A stretch of 63,965 bases of DNA, counting the filler, from Octopus bimaculoides (Eukaryota), in the NCBI RefSeq assembly GCF_001194135.2. It is 5 parts of 5 records of this genome, joined end to end, with 100 filler letters (N's around TTAATTAATTAA, not from the genome) between each part and the next. Parts side by side here need not be neighbours in the genome. Positions count along the whole stretch, not along the records: positions 47,650 to 63,965 come from NC_068989.1; 4 more parts are not named here. One strand, given 5' to 3'. Below are positions 49,051-62,559 of this stretch, one piece after another. A program made the position numbers and the translations under genes. Under the pieces are notes generated by a model, which did not search any database, was not told where the DNA came from, and was given only the letters and a program-made list of their open reading frames with translations. Position 1 is the first letter of the stretch. Every line of letters starts with the position of its first letter.

Positions 49051-49452
49051 TTATCGATGAGCTGCGCAAATATGGCTTTTGAGGCCTGCCAAAGTCTTGC
49101 ATGCTTCTTGATAATTAGTGCAAGAAAACTTGGTGATTGTATAGTTTGCAGCTCCATGAACTTTACTATGCCTTTTCAAGCCATGTTTTGATCTACACAC
49201 TTTATGACAGAGTATGCATTCGAGATCATCTGTCCATCTATAATCAATGTGTCGTTGTGGTTTCATATGGCTCTTTGGCCCAGCCTTACTAAGACAAATC
49301 TTTCCACATTCATCACGTGTAAGATCATCGCATTCATTAATGCTCGTTAGAACATCATTCCTATCAGTTTTCCTCATCTTTCTTTTGATCTTTGCATGCT
49401 CCATTCTCTTCCTTTCAAATTCATTTTCTCCTTCATACACAACTTTTTCCAT
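49051..49452 (-). mobile_element. C-terminus of a BovB-like RTE with three C2H2 zinc fingers, 5'-truncated
   Basis: VVYEGENEFERKRMEHAKIKRKMRK followed by DECGKICLSKAGPKSHM, CILCHKVCRSKHGLKRHSKVH and CTNYQEACKTLAGLKSHICAAH. Confidence 0.75.
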
Positions 49453-49916
49453 GTAAACATACATACATACATACAGACATACATACATAGAGAGAGAGAG
49501 AAATATTATGACAAACAGATTCTGTGCAATATGTGTCGTAGTTTATGTATATGAATTTTGTTATGTAAGTGCCTTTTTCTTTTTTAAAATGATAATTTAG
49601 GAATAAAAATATAACGACCAAATGAGTGTGTATGATATTTACTGCAATTTTTATTTTGCGAAAGAAAGAGAATGGGGAGGGAGGAACAGACTCTACCTCC
49701 CATTTTGTGTGCGTGTGTGTGTGCGTGTATGNNNNNNNNNNNNNNNNNNNNNNNNNNNNNNNNNNNNNNNNNNNNNNNNNNNNNNNNNNNNNNNNNNNNN
49801 NNNNNNNNNNNNNNNNNNNNNNNNNNNNNNNNNNNNNNNNNNNNNNNNNNNNNNNNNNNNNNNNNNNNNNNNNNNNNNNNNNNNNNNNNNNNNNNNNNNN
49901 NNNNNNNNNNNNNNNN

Positions 49917-49957
<41 letters not shown>

Positions 49958-51477
49958 GTGTCAATATGAGCACATATGTGTATGGAGGCCTTCGTTTTTC
50001 TGTTTATATAGTAATTTAATGAGGGTGGAAACATGTGTGTAAGAGAAAAAGAGAGAGTGAACGTGTGTGAGTGAATGAGTGAGAGAGTGAGTGAGTGAGA
50101 GAGTGAATGACTGAGTAAGAGGACGGCTGAATGAGTGAGACAGAGCAGACAAATATTTCGGATGTATACATTTGCAAAAGCAATATCAATATATGTATGT
50201 ATTTATGCATGCATATATGTATGTATACATACATATGTATGTATGCATACATGTACATATATGTATGCATGCATGTATATAGTTATGCATGTATTATAAG
50301 CATGAATGTATTATACATGCATTTATGCATGATACTATATATGCATGTTTATATGCATATAAGTGTACATCGCCAGACCATTTAATAGCATACATTTGCT
50401 GAAAATACCTCTTAAATGGGTTTAACTAACGAGGTTTGTGTTTAATATAAAATACTTGTGCACTATCATGCCTCAAAGATGTTTCCTTAATTCATTCATC
50501 CTTCACAATATTAAGGGTTTAAACGAAAGCGTGAATCAGTAGTAAGGGACCACATCAAACAGCCTGAAGTGCTTCGTTCGTGTTCTCCTTTAAATTACAA
50601 GGTTTATGGACAGATAACGCTAAAACAAAACCTACGAAAGAAGAATTTTCTTGAAGTGTTTTAGCAATGCATGGCGATACACCCAGCGACTGCAAACAGT
50701 CTGGCAACGAGATTCAGAGGATTAAACACAACATTTATTTATTTAGGGGTTTTATGTTAGATTCTGCAATAACTCCTTCAACATTTGAAAATTTATCAGT
50801 AATAATATCGTTGTTATTGTTGTTTATATTTATTATTATTTTCTTAATATAAGGCGGCGAGTTGGTTGAATCGTTAGCGCCCATTTCATCCGCCTTTACG
50901 TTCTGAGTTCAAATTCAGCCGAGGTCGACTCAGCCTCTTATCTTGTCGGTGTAGATAAAATAAACACCAGACGAACACTGCGGTTGTTGTAATCGACTTA
51001 ATATCTCCCTCCGAATTTTCACGTCTTTTGACTATAGCAGAAAAGATTATTTTTTCTTCTTATTATCTTCCATACTATTTTATAATTCTCTTCATAATCT
51101 TTATTATTATTCGAAAGGCGGCGAACTGGCCAAATCGTTGACGCGTCGGACGAAACGCTTAGCGGTATTTCACCCGTCGCTACGTTCTGAGTTCAAATTC
51201 CGTCGAGGTCGACTATACCTTTCATCCTTTCGGGATCGATAAAATAAGTACCATTTGAACACTCGACTCATCCCCACTCCAAAATTACTGCCCTTATGGC
51301 AAAATAAGAAACCGTTATTATTACTAGCAGAAACATCGTATACATGCACAGCCACAAACGCAATCATATGCACAGAATCTCTTCTGTATACTTTACGGAT
51401 TACTAATTTGATAAAATAGGAAGTGGTTTGAGAAAACTTTTGTTTACATACATGCACATAAACATACATACTTGTCT

Positions 51478-51686
51478 ACTCTAGGCACAAGGCCCGAAAT
51501 TTTGTGGGAGGGGGCCAGTCGATTAGATCGACCTCAGTACGCAGCGGGTACTTAATTCATCGACCCAGAAAGGATGAAAGGCAAAGTCGACCTCGGCGGA
51601 ATTTGAACTTAGAACGTAAAGACAGACGAAATACCGCTAAGCATTTCGCCCGGTGTGTTAACGTTTCTTATATCTTTACTACCCAC
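51478..51686 (-). mobile_element. SINE family C (tail A) fused to a tail-B remnant
   Basis: CTAGGCACAAGG tail; 5' end joined to TATATCTTTACTACCCAC. Confidence 0.8.
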
Positions 51687-51959
51687 TTCAGTTTTTTTCA
51701 CCAAATAAAATTAGTGTCTGTTTCTTTGCTTCACGTACAAATGCGGCCCACCTGGGCGGGTAACTCAGTGTGCCGCGGCTGAGAAATCACAAGTAGCTGC
51801 CTCAGCTAGTTCTTTATTTTATCCGCCCGGAAAGGATGAATGGCAAGGTCGACCTCGGTGACATTTGAAACCAGAACGTAAAGCTTCTATGCATTTTAAC
51901 CGGTGCGGTAACGATTCTGCCAGCTCAACGCCTCGTTTTAGGGATTTATAATAAATAAA

Positions 51960-52001
51960 TAATGATCATCAACATCATCACCATCACCAACATCATCGTT
52001 G

Positions 52002-52072
<71 letters not shown>
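51960..52072. repeat. (CAT)n/(AGT)n trinucleotide repeats
   Basis: Directly visible. Confidence 0.9.
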
Positions 52073-52073
<1 letters not shown>

Positions 52074-53696
52074 TTTTTATCATAAGTGGTAGGATCTGAC
52101 TTATCTGTACATCAGTCAGCCTTGCCCGGCGCCATTCCGTCTTCGAGCGGTTCATATAATACAGTTTCTATTCGGCTCCCAAACAAAAGCTTTATTGCCT
52201 TCAAAATTCTCCGGTTTTCTAATGTTTACCTTTGTGTTCTGGTTTGACAAAAGCGGTGACGGCCAGACGACGTCTGTAGTAGCGACGATGACGACAACAA
52301 CTGCAGCAGCGGCAGCGGTGACGGCGGTGGTAGTCGTAGTGGTGGTGGGGGTGAAGGTAGTTGTGATGTTTTTTCCGACAGCGTCAATGGTTTTGGCGGC
52401 ATCAACGATGGTATTAAGAATAATGGTGATTACAACAGAACATACCAACGAAGTCGAGCGGATACAAGTATGGTGTACCAACCGATATGCTTAACTCAAC
52501 CTGCCCTGAAGAAGCTCGATCTCAGAAAAAGAAGCAATCCCCCACAATCACCCTATGAAATAATTTTATGATTTCTCAGAACGAGGACTGAGTCGATTTT
52601 ATTTTTGCTATTCATGTCTAACTCCAAATCAACTCCTACCGAACAGAGGCCAATGAACCAAAGCAGCTGCATACCTACTTTTACTCAGCCCTGTATATAA
52701 ATGCATATGTATGCATATAGGTGCTCATATACCTGATACATATATACTTTCAAACACAAATGCATGCAACTGTCATTCTTTCAAAATGGAAGCCGATTTC
52801 ATATACTTATCTGCAGACATCTCTATTCCTTCTTTGATTTTAGTCTTGACTATTCTGTTGTATTGCATTGACCTGCATCTGCAATAGGGTTTTTACATGT
52901 GTGTATATGTACGTATGCATTAACATGCCTACATACATATACACATACACACATACACAGCATATATGCATGTATATACACATGTATGTACGCATGTATG
53001 TATGTGTCTGTTTATGTATATATGTACGTTTTTTTTCTTTGCTTTTGTTTCCTTTCTTCAATCTCAATATACGAAACACTATTGATTGAATACTTCGGTT
53101 TAAATAAATCTTTGATTCCTGGTCTTAAAGCTAAGCTGACTAGGAAAAACATCCAACTGTTCGTATCACGACCCCGGATGTGACACTATTTGGAAAAAAA
53201 TACTAAACGACCTGAACATGTGAACGTTCCTTAATTTAACTATGAAACTTTCCAACATAAGTAATCTAATGATATTTTTACTAAATGCTGAATACCGACA
53301 AAAGAATGCCATGGCTTCCTTGTATGATTAAATCGAGAGAACTTCCGTAACTCAGCTGCTGTTACATATACACTATATTGCTCGCATGATACGGAAATTC
53401 TTACTAGTATTTTCGTGAAATTTTAAGCTCTTTTCTAGAAACTACAATTTGTGTTTTGTTGTAAACACGCGAGTTTGCAATAAATTGCTCTTATCTGAAA
53501 ACTTAAAGGGACCATAATTGTTATTACGATTGTATTGTTTCACTAATAAACCAAAAAGTGCATGAAATATAGTTAAGGATGATTTAATCTGTGTATTATG
53601 TATTATGTATTATATACGAAACATTGCATGTGTAGTTGAGTCCGTGTTTTATCTGCGTCTGTAAGCGAGGGTACTATGATAAAGAAGGAGAGAGAA

Positions 53697-53738
<42 letters not shown>

Positions 53739-55103
53739 AGCATATTACAAAATTTATCGTATATTTATCAATAGTAAAATGGTTGAAGACAAAGATGGGT
53801 TCAACAAGACTTGCTCTCAATGCACAGGAACGCTTATTGTAATGCCATCCCATCAGCACTCTCAGAACACAACCACTTGATTCGTACGTTGTGCAACAGG
53901 AGGATTTGAGAACACAACGAGCAATGTTATAAGAAAATGATAAAGATCCTTCCCGAGCCATACAAGGTCACAGAGCCGGTTTATCGGTCTCCAGGTTCCT
54001 GACACACGTATGTTTCCCACTGGACAGAAAGGTGGTTTTGTCGCAGAATTATTCATTTCAGCCAGACGAGTGGACTGGTGCAACGTGAAATGAAGTATTT
54101 TGCTCAAGAACACAGTTCGTTGCCAAGTCCAGGAAACGAAACCACAATCTACACGCCTCCACGTCCAGTGTGACAGTGAATGAGATTTGATTTCTACGGT
54201 GAGACTTGACATCCAAGGCTAAAAGAAGTCTACAGTATTCTCTCGCCATCCACTTCGTCTTTGTGCATATCTATGATTAAAAGCTCTCTATCGTTTCTAT
54301 TCTTAAGTCCATAAGAAGTTATTTAAGAGGTATTTGATTTCAATAACTAACAGCTCAAACGATCACACAGATAGATCTTTCGAGGGCGAATTTACTTCGG
54401 GGTTATTTTGTTTGTTGTCTAGCTGTACCGAACAGACCTTTAACGAAAGGCGTTTAAGCTATGCCCATGCAGCATCGTTCTATTGCTTTATGAAGTTAAC
54501 GTGCGGGAAAATCAGTGAACTGGGTTGTTAACATTTAGTTTAAAATATCTTGCGATATTTATTCAGGTATTCTGCGCTCTGTGTTCAAATTAATTGAGGT
54601 CAATTTCGCTCTCATCCTTACGGGATCGTCAAAGCATAATACCAGTCCAGAGTGGTAGATTAGTGGGACCGCTTAAGCATCAAGTAGGATGATTGGCAAT
54701 AATCTATTTCTGCTCTGTGCGTTCGGAGTTCTTATATGGTAATATTATTCGTCACCAAATTTAACACCATCACCTACGTCTAGAGTATCTTGAGCAAAAG
54801 TAATTCAGTTGCAAGGACTCGGAACAGGTCTTCGGGTCGAAAATATTTTGCTCTATCAAGGCTGAGACGTTACCACGCCGGGCGAAATGCCTAGCGGTGT
54901 TTCGTCTGTCTTTAGATTCTGAGTTAAAATTCCGCCGAGGTCAACTTTCCTTTTCATCCTTTCGGGGTCGATAAATTAAGTACCAGTTGCGTACCGGAGT
55001 CGATCTAATAGACTGACCCTCTCCTCAAAAACTTAGTGCCTTGTGCCTAGAGTAGAAAAGAATATTTTGCTCTTAGATCCCACAAGTCTCAGACAATCGA
55101 AAC

Positions 55104-55425
55104 CAGTGGTTCTCAACCATTTTTTACCTACGAACCCCTTTGATTACTATTTTATTCTGGTGGACCCGCGCACAAGCATTTCGGTGATTAAAACCTAGTT
55201 TTATACACAGAGAAAATGTTTCATGATCAGAGGTACGTTGAACTGTGAAAACCTTTAGAGAAAAAAATTTTGGTGATTCTTGTAATAAATAAATATGAAG
55301 CAAAATGTTTTTATAAACTCCCAAAATACTACTGCAGGTCCCCAGTTTACTGTCTTGCTTGTGTGGACCCCTCAAAATTTTATATGAACCCCGGGGGTCA
55401 CATAGAACTCGGTACAGAACCACAA
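55104..55425 (+). mobile_element. hAT-type MITE
   Basis: CAGTGGTTCTCAACC start and degenerate GGTACAGAACCACAA inverted end. Confidence 0.7.
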
Positions 55426-55551
55426 ACCTAAACAATATAGAGTCATCGGCGCTACCCTTCTCTTACTATCAAAGCGGAAAACGTATATCTTTTAGATGTA
55501 TTTGCTTGTTGATTCTTCTAGTACTAACGACTGATTTATAGCTTCGTCCAA

Positions 55552-55943
55552 TTGTTGTTGTTGTAGGCACTACGTCGCTTACGACGTCGACAGTTTCAGT
55601 TGATCCGATCAACGGAACAGCCTGCTCGTGAAATTAACGTGCAAGTGGCTGAGCACTCCACAGACACGTGTACCCTTAACGTAGTTCTCGGGGATATTCA
55701 GTGTGACACAGATAGTGACAAGGCTGACCCTTTGAATTACAGGTACAAAGGAAACAGGAAGTAAGAGTGAGAGAAAGTTGTGGTGGAAGAGTACAGCAGG
55801 GTTCGCCACCATCTCCTGCCGGAACCTCGTGGAGCTTTAGGTGTTTTCGCTCAATAAACACTCACAACGCCCGGTCTGGGAATCAAAACTGCGATCCTAT
55901 GACCGCGAGTCCGCTGCCCTAACCACTGAGCCATTGCGCCTCC
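55552..55943 (-). mobile_element. SINE family B, full length
   Basis: Reverse complement of the 5937 and 60634 copies. Confidence 0.9.
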
Positions 55944-56005
55944 ACGGCTTCGTCCAAACATCGACCATAAAAATCATGCCAAAAAATATATTTGTTCCGT
56001 TAACC

Positions 56006-56340
56006 CAATGGTTCTCAGCCGGGGTCTATATGGTCCCGTACGGTCCTCATTAGATTTTTAGGGTGTTCACACATATTGTGGGGATCCACAATATTTATTT
56101 TAAGGGCCCCTGAAAAAATTTTGCTTTAGACGTATGTACTGGCATGTATTACAAGAAACAACTAGATTTCTTTCTCTAACATTTTACATAGTTCGACCTA
56201 CACAAAATAATGAGTGAAAACATTAATGAATAACATTCTAAAAAACTATGTTTTAAACATCGAATTGCTACGGGGATCCATCCGAATAAAATAGCAATCA
56301 AAGGGGTCCGTAGATAGAAAAAAATGGGTAAAAACCCCTG
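56006..56340 (+). mobile_element. hAT-type MITE
   Basis: CAATGGTTCTCAGCC start and GGGTAAAAACCCCTG end (CAG.GG...CC.CTG hAT termini). Confidence 0.65.
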
Positions 56341-56859
56341 CATTAAAACATTACCAAGTAAATCAATAGTTTTTTTTTCTAGAAATTTCATATATCTAGT
56401 ATTACTGTGAGTATTAATGGTCCTATATAACTATACACGTAGGCACATTTTCATGGTTACTGTGAATGAAAAAATGTACGAGCAGATTATGATATTGGTT
56501 AAATAATGTTTTCTTCGTGTAAAACTTAGAATAATAAAAGATCCCGAATAACCAAGTCTGCAATACAGCTTCGCTATGAAGTTTTCTCCATCTACTTCAC
56601 TTACATACATTGCAATCCCGATGAAAATCATGCGAAATAGCAAACTCATGACACAATTCCCGAAGATGAATTGGGTCACAAGTATTCTATTCAATGAGTA
56701 GACGAAGCGATGGTGTTCTCTGGCAATCCATTAACATGTACGGGATACAGTCAAGACATATGCAGAATTTTGTATATGCAGTTTTCTATTGCTTTGAATA
56801 TTCGTGTTTGCTTCGGCATATTAATACACGTGATGGAATAATCAAAACGTGCCACTATT

Positions 56860-56972
56860 CTCTCTCTCTTTCTCTCCCTCTCTCTCTCCCACTCTCTCTC
56901 CCTCTCTTTCTCCTTCTCTGTATATATATATATGTGTGTGTGTGTGTATATGTATATATATATATATGTATG

Positions 56973-57013
<41 letters not shown>

Positions 57014-57157
57014 ATGTATACTGTCATTCATTCTGTCACACGCACAGCGACATATACAAATACACACACACACACATACAAACAAGTATGTGTATCCTTA
57101 TATACCCACCAATTCTTTTGCTCTGGACATATACATATATATGTGGTTGTGTGTGTA

Positions 57158-57243
<86 letters not shown>

Positions 57244-57421
57244 TATATATGTACATATATATTTGTGTGTGTTTATGTGCATATATATATATATATACAC
57301 AGACACACATATATGCATGTGCATAATAACGCATATTTAAAGTGTATGTTTGTGTTATATATATATAAATATATATATATTTATATATGTGTGTGTGTGT
57401 ATATATATATATGTGTGTGTT

Positions 57422-57454
<33 letters not shown>

Positions 57455-57791
57455 TACTATGTATATATAATTGCATCATGTAATGAAATAACTCTTCTCG
57501 ATTAGGTATATTCTATGGAAGAGATTAGTCATTTACATACATATAGGCGGATGTAATAACACACACATACATGTATGTGTACATAAATATATGTGTATGT
57601 GTGTACATAAATATATGTGTGTGTGTGTGCATGTGTATATGCATATATTTTTGGCTATGCATATATCTGTTAATGTATGTATGTATGTATGTATGTATGT
57701 ATCGGATAATTGATACATGTCAACAGCACCTTTTCATATAGAGAACATACAACATTCACCCTACACATATATACATATGCAGTACACACGC

Positions 57792-57834
<43 letters not shown>

Positions 57835-57844
57835 AACACACAGC

Positions 57845-57898
<54 letters not shown>

Positions 57899-58020
57899 CA
57901 CATATATATGTGGCTGTGTGTTCATGTGTGTGTGTGTGTGTTGTGTAGCGCATACTTCCATACATATTCATGTGCAGTCCGGCTGAAGCGTGTGGGGGTG
58001 AGAGAGAGAGAGAGTGAGAG
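56860..58020. repeat. About 1.2-kb compound microsatellite field (CT, TA, TG, CA, ATGT)
   Basis: Directly visible; source of about 15 spurious ORFs. Confidence 0.95.
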
Positions 58021-59001
58021 TAGGAGATAGAGGGGGAGGGAGAGAAAGAGATAGGTATGGGTTACAGATCAGTAAAACGAAAAATTAGAAGGAGGAGGTG
58101 TCCGACTGCTGCAGTCATCCTAACATATAATGAAGCAGCGGTCAAGTGATGTGCAACTGTGCACCAACATGTGGTGACACCATCGTACGACAGCTGCATA
58201 TGGCAGGCGAAAAAGTTGAGGTCAACAGGGTTTTCAGACCTAACAGTGGCTGTTGTGTCCCCTGATTCTGATGAGATTAACTGGGCTGTCATTTGGTCAG
58301 CTTAACGCTGACTTACCGACGTTCGTATCAAGACGGATTCTTATGGAAATCAACCGCCGTGGGGGAAAATGTGATAGAGGTGGAAGGACTGAGGGAGACA
58401 GGCGTAAGGTAATAATGGTTGAGAGTGGTCAGGGCAAGATAAAGAAAAAGGGGTTACGATAAGGGTGGAGAGGTGTGGGTAGGTGTTTTTCTTTGGAGGA
58501 GATATTGGATGGGAGGGAGATGGTCGCGTAGAAATAAACGGAATGAAGTTTATGAGAGGCAACGTGTTTGGTCAGGTGGCAATAAAGGTCAGTCAGTTGC
58601 ATAAATATTATAGGATGGCCGTAGAGTTGTTTGTTTGAATTAGATTAGCAGGTCATATATGCATATTGGTCAGCGTACACATACACGTGTGCGCGTATAC
58701 AATCTCACTTACTTTCTCACACATGTACATAACAACACAGAGACACACACACTCACACATACATGCATAATGTATGACAGAGTCACACATGTTCGCTCAT
58801 CGTCTCGCACATCCAATCATATAGGCAGGTATCCAAAATCTTTAATTAATCAAAAGCTCTATGTCAGTACTTCACCGCATCCCACTCGCTCTTTTGTTGG
58901 TGTATCTGTTTGTCTTTTTCTCTCTTTCCCACTCTGCCACTATCTATCTATCTATCTATCTACCTATGTATCAATCTATCTATCTATCTATCTATATATA
59001 T

Positions 59002-59017
59002 AGATCGGAAGAGCGTC
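59002..59017 (+). other. Illumina adapter remnant AGATCGGAAGAGCGTC
   Basis: Exact 16-nt match to the TruSeq adapter read-through sequence, ending at an N gap. Confidence 0.95.
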
Positions 59018-59857
59018 NNNNNNNNNNNNNNNNNNNNNNNNNNNNNNNNNNNNNNNNNNNNNNNNNNNNNNNNNNNNATATATATATATATATATATATT
59101 TATATCTATCTATCTATCTATCTATTCTATTCTATTCTCTCTATCTATCTGTCTGACTGTCTCTCATTTATTTCTTTTCAGTTCTGCGCAAAACATATGC
59201 AATTATTTCTATATCTAATTGAAAGTACAACCCAGAAGTCAGACAGACTGAAATAATACAACAGTTCAAAAGATTTTTGAATAGAGAGAATCTTTGTTTT
59301 ATTTATTTATTTATCTATTTATTTATCTATTTATTGACTTTATTTTATTTTAATTTGCCACCTCAACAAACCTCGTTTCTGCTGGCAAGTAGAATTCCAG
59401 GGGTTTCAGAAGATTAGATACTGTAAGAAATATATATTGCGCATTATAATTTCATGTATAGGGATCAAATTACGACGTGGTATAGCTTGTTTTTCTAATG
59501 GATTCTGCTAGCGTAGATTAAATGTCACGGAATGCTTAATAACTTAGATTCATTCTAACATCCAATGTATAATATATTATACGAAACACTGGAAGCGATG
59601 GATCGGCTGAAAGTATAGAACGTCGAAGAACATGTCTTGCAGCGTTTATTAACAAAGTCTTACGTGCATTGTTTGAACACTGCCTGAGTCGAAATTATAT
59701 TTCGTCATATCAGGGCCAATAAAATAAGTATCAGTAATATAAAAAGGTCGATAGGACTTTATTGTAGAAGCGTAGGTATCCGCCAAGGTCAGTGTAATAC
59801 AACTGCAGCTGGTTGTAATTGGTACGGATATAGATTAGAATGTAGTACTAAATATAT

Positions 59858-60302
59858 TCTTTTCTATTCTAGGCACAAGGCCCGAAATTTTTGCTGGAGG
59901 GCGGGGAGTGGCAGTTGAATACATTGATCCCAGTACGCAACAGGTATTTAATTTATCGACCCCCGAAAGGATGAAAGGCAAAGTTGACTTCGGCGGAATT
60001 TGAACTCAGAACATAAAGACAGACGAAGTACCGTACCGCTAAGCATTTCACCCGGCGTGCTAACGTTTCTTATTTCTTTATTACCCACAAGGGGCTAAAC
60101 ATAGAGCGAACAAACAAGGACAGACAAAGGGATTAAGTCGATTACATCGACCCCATTACGTAACTGGTACTTATTTAGTCGACCCTGAATGGATGAAAGG
60201 CAAAGTTGACTTCGGCGGAATTTGAACCCAGAACATAAAGACAGACGAAATACCACTAAGCATTTCGCCTGGCGTGCTAACGTTTCTGCCAGCTCGCCGC
60301 CT
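59858..60302 (-). mobile_element. Tandem pair of SINE family C units (tail B unit 60071-60302 followed by tail A unit 59858-60070)
   Basis: Two bodies with different 3' tails joined at GTTTCT|TATTTC. Confidence 0.88.
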
Positions 60303-60633
60303 TGTAGAACTAAATATATTGTGAGGTCTTCGGACGCGGGCCTCGACATGTGCTTAAAACCTAACCACAGTTACAGATTGTCTCTAAAAATATGTTAGAG
60401 TTGCTGTTGTTTAACTCAGTGTCTTTCCTGACAGGACAGAGCTCCTATCAATGCCATTCTGATTGTGACAAACTCATCCCTGATCTGAGGCAGAGCTACA
60501 TTATAAAATGTATTCTTTCCATTTCTGAGAGGAAAGGGAGAGATCTGAGTAACAGTTGGCTGCTAATTTTAGCAGATTATTACACCAAGTGTAAGGTTCT
60601 TCGTTGGATCATCGGCATATCGGAAATGAGTGT

Positions 60634-61019
60634 GCAGGTGCAATGGCCCAGTGGTTAGGGCAGCGGACTCGCAGTCGTAGGATCGCGGTTTCGATTCCCA
60701 GACCGGGCGTTGTGACTGTTTATTGAGCGAAAACACCCAAAGTTCCACGAGGCTCCTGCAGGGGATGGTGGTGAACCCTGCTGTACTCTTTCACCACAAC
60801 TTTCTCTCACTCTTACTTCCTGTTTCTGTTGTGCCTGTAATTCAAAGGGTCAGCCTTGTCACACTGTGTCACGCTGAATATCCCCGAGAACTACATTAAG
60901 GGTACACGTGTCTGTGGAGTGCTCAGCCACTTGCACGTTAATTTCAAGAACAGACTGTTCCGTTGATCGGATCAACTGGAACCCTCTTCGTCGTAAGCGA
61001 CGGAGTGCCAACAACAACA
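60634..61019 (+). mobile_element. SINE family B, full length
   Basis: GCAATGGCCCAGTGGTTAGGG A-box-like and GGTTTCGATTCCC B-box-like motifs, (CAA)n tail. Confidence 0.9.
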
Positions 61020-61059
61020 GGAAATGAGTATCTGCACACAAGACACAAGCTTATACACA

Positions 61060-61109
<50 letters not shown>

Positions 61110-62118
61110 AACACACACACATAAACACACACACACAACACACAAACTCAGGCATTCACTCACATACAAACACCCCCCAAACACACACACAAATACATAC
61201 AAAAATAGAGATACAAATATTGATGACTATTTCATATAGTACGTATATCTTCATACATTTTGATATAACTTAGGTTAAGTGTATGATAAACCTCTGTAAT
61301 CGATACTAGCTGCTTGGTGATGAATAACTTTGTACTTTTATACAAGCAAAAATAATACATTCGAAATATTGGGATATCTAAGCTTAGCAAAACCCGTTTC
61401 AAAACGAACAAATAGCTGTATGAGCTGAGCAGATGTTTTTCACTTAATGAAGAGACAGATATTCAGTGCTGGTTGAAATCTAAGTAGTCAAATGGAAGAT
61501 AAACCGAAATTCATATTAAATCCGATATGTATCGCGTTCGATATCTTGGCTGCAAACATTTTGCTTGGATAAAAAACATATAAATATATGTACACATATA
61601 TACATACGTATAAAAATATATATGAATATCCAACCACACGTATATACATACACACACGTATATTAAGATTTCGATCAAGCGCAGTGATGCTAGTAAATAG
61701 TTGTTAAAAATCGGAATACATATGCTTTAGAATAAAACATAATGTGAGTACAAAGTGTAATATTATTCAATGTATGTCTAAAGAACAGGAATCGCGTCAC
61801 CACCTTCATTGGTTTACAGCTGTTTTTCTATATCTATTTTTATATATAAGAGGGTTGTGGTGTATGTGTGTCTATGTATGTGTGTATTCAGTCCTATCAG
61901 GGGACTACCACTACTATCACTTGTACGAGAATCAGACAACTTTTACTAATAGGAAAATATAGGAAACGGGCGATTTTCATATACAATACACTATAAATGA
62001 ATTTCATAACAACACCTGTTTCGAGCATATAACGCAGATCAAATCTATAATTCGTAGCCAGAATACATGAACACACATTTAATTTATTCAAGTTAACAGA
62101 TGATGCAACTCTTGTGGA

Positions 62119-62168
<50 letters not shown>

Positions 62169-62518
62169 NNNNNNNNNNNNNNNNNNNNNNNNNNNNNNNN
62201 NNNNNNNNNNNNNNNNNNNNNNNNNNNNNNNNNNNNNNNNNNNNNNNNNNNNNNNNNNNNNNNNNNNNNNNNNNNNNNNNNNNNNNNNNNNNNNNNNNNN
62301 NNNNNNNNNNNNNNNNNNNNNNNNNNNNNNNNNNNNNNNNNNNNNNNNNNNNNNNNNNNNNNNNNNNNNNNNNNNNNNNNNNNNNNNNNNNNNNNNNNNN
62401 NNNNNNNNNNNNNNNNNNNNNNNNNNNNNNNNNNNNNNNNNNNNNNNNNNNNNNNNNNNNNNNNNNNNNNNNNNNNNNNNNNNNNNNNNNNNNNNNNNNN
62501 NNNNNNNNNNNNNNNNNN

Positions 62519-62559
<41 letters not shown>

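Noticed and set aside
56694-57971. Cluster of YIYI/CVCV/HTHT ORFs that look Cys/His-rich or membrane-like
   Set aside because: Translations of dinucleotide repeats, not proteins.
60634-60700. tRNA-like sequences at SINE heads
   Set aside because: A/B-box-like motifs without a complete cloverleaf, continuing into SINE bodies; not tRNA genes.
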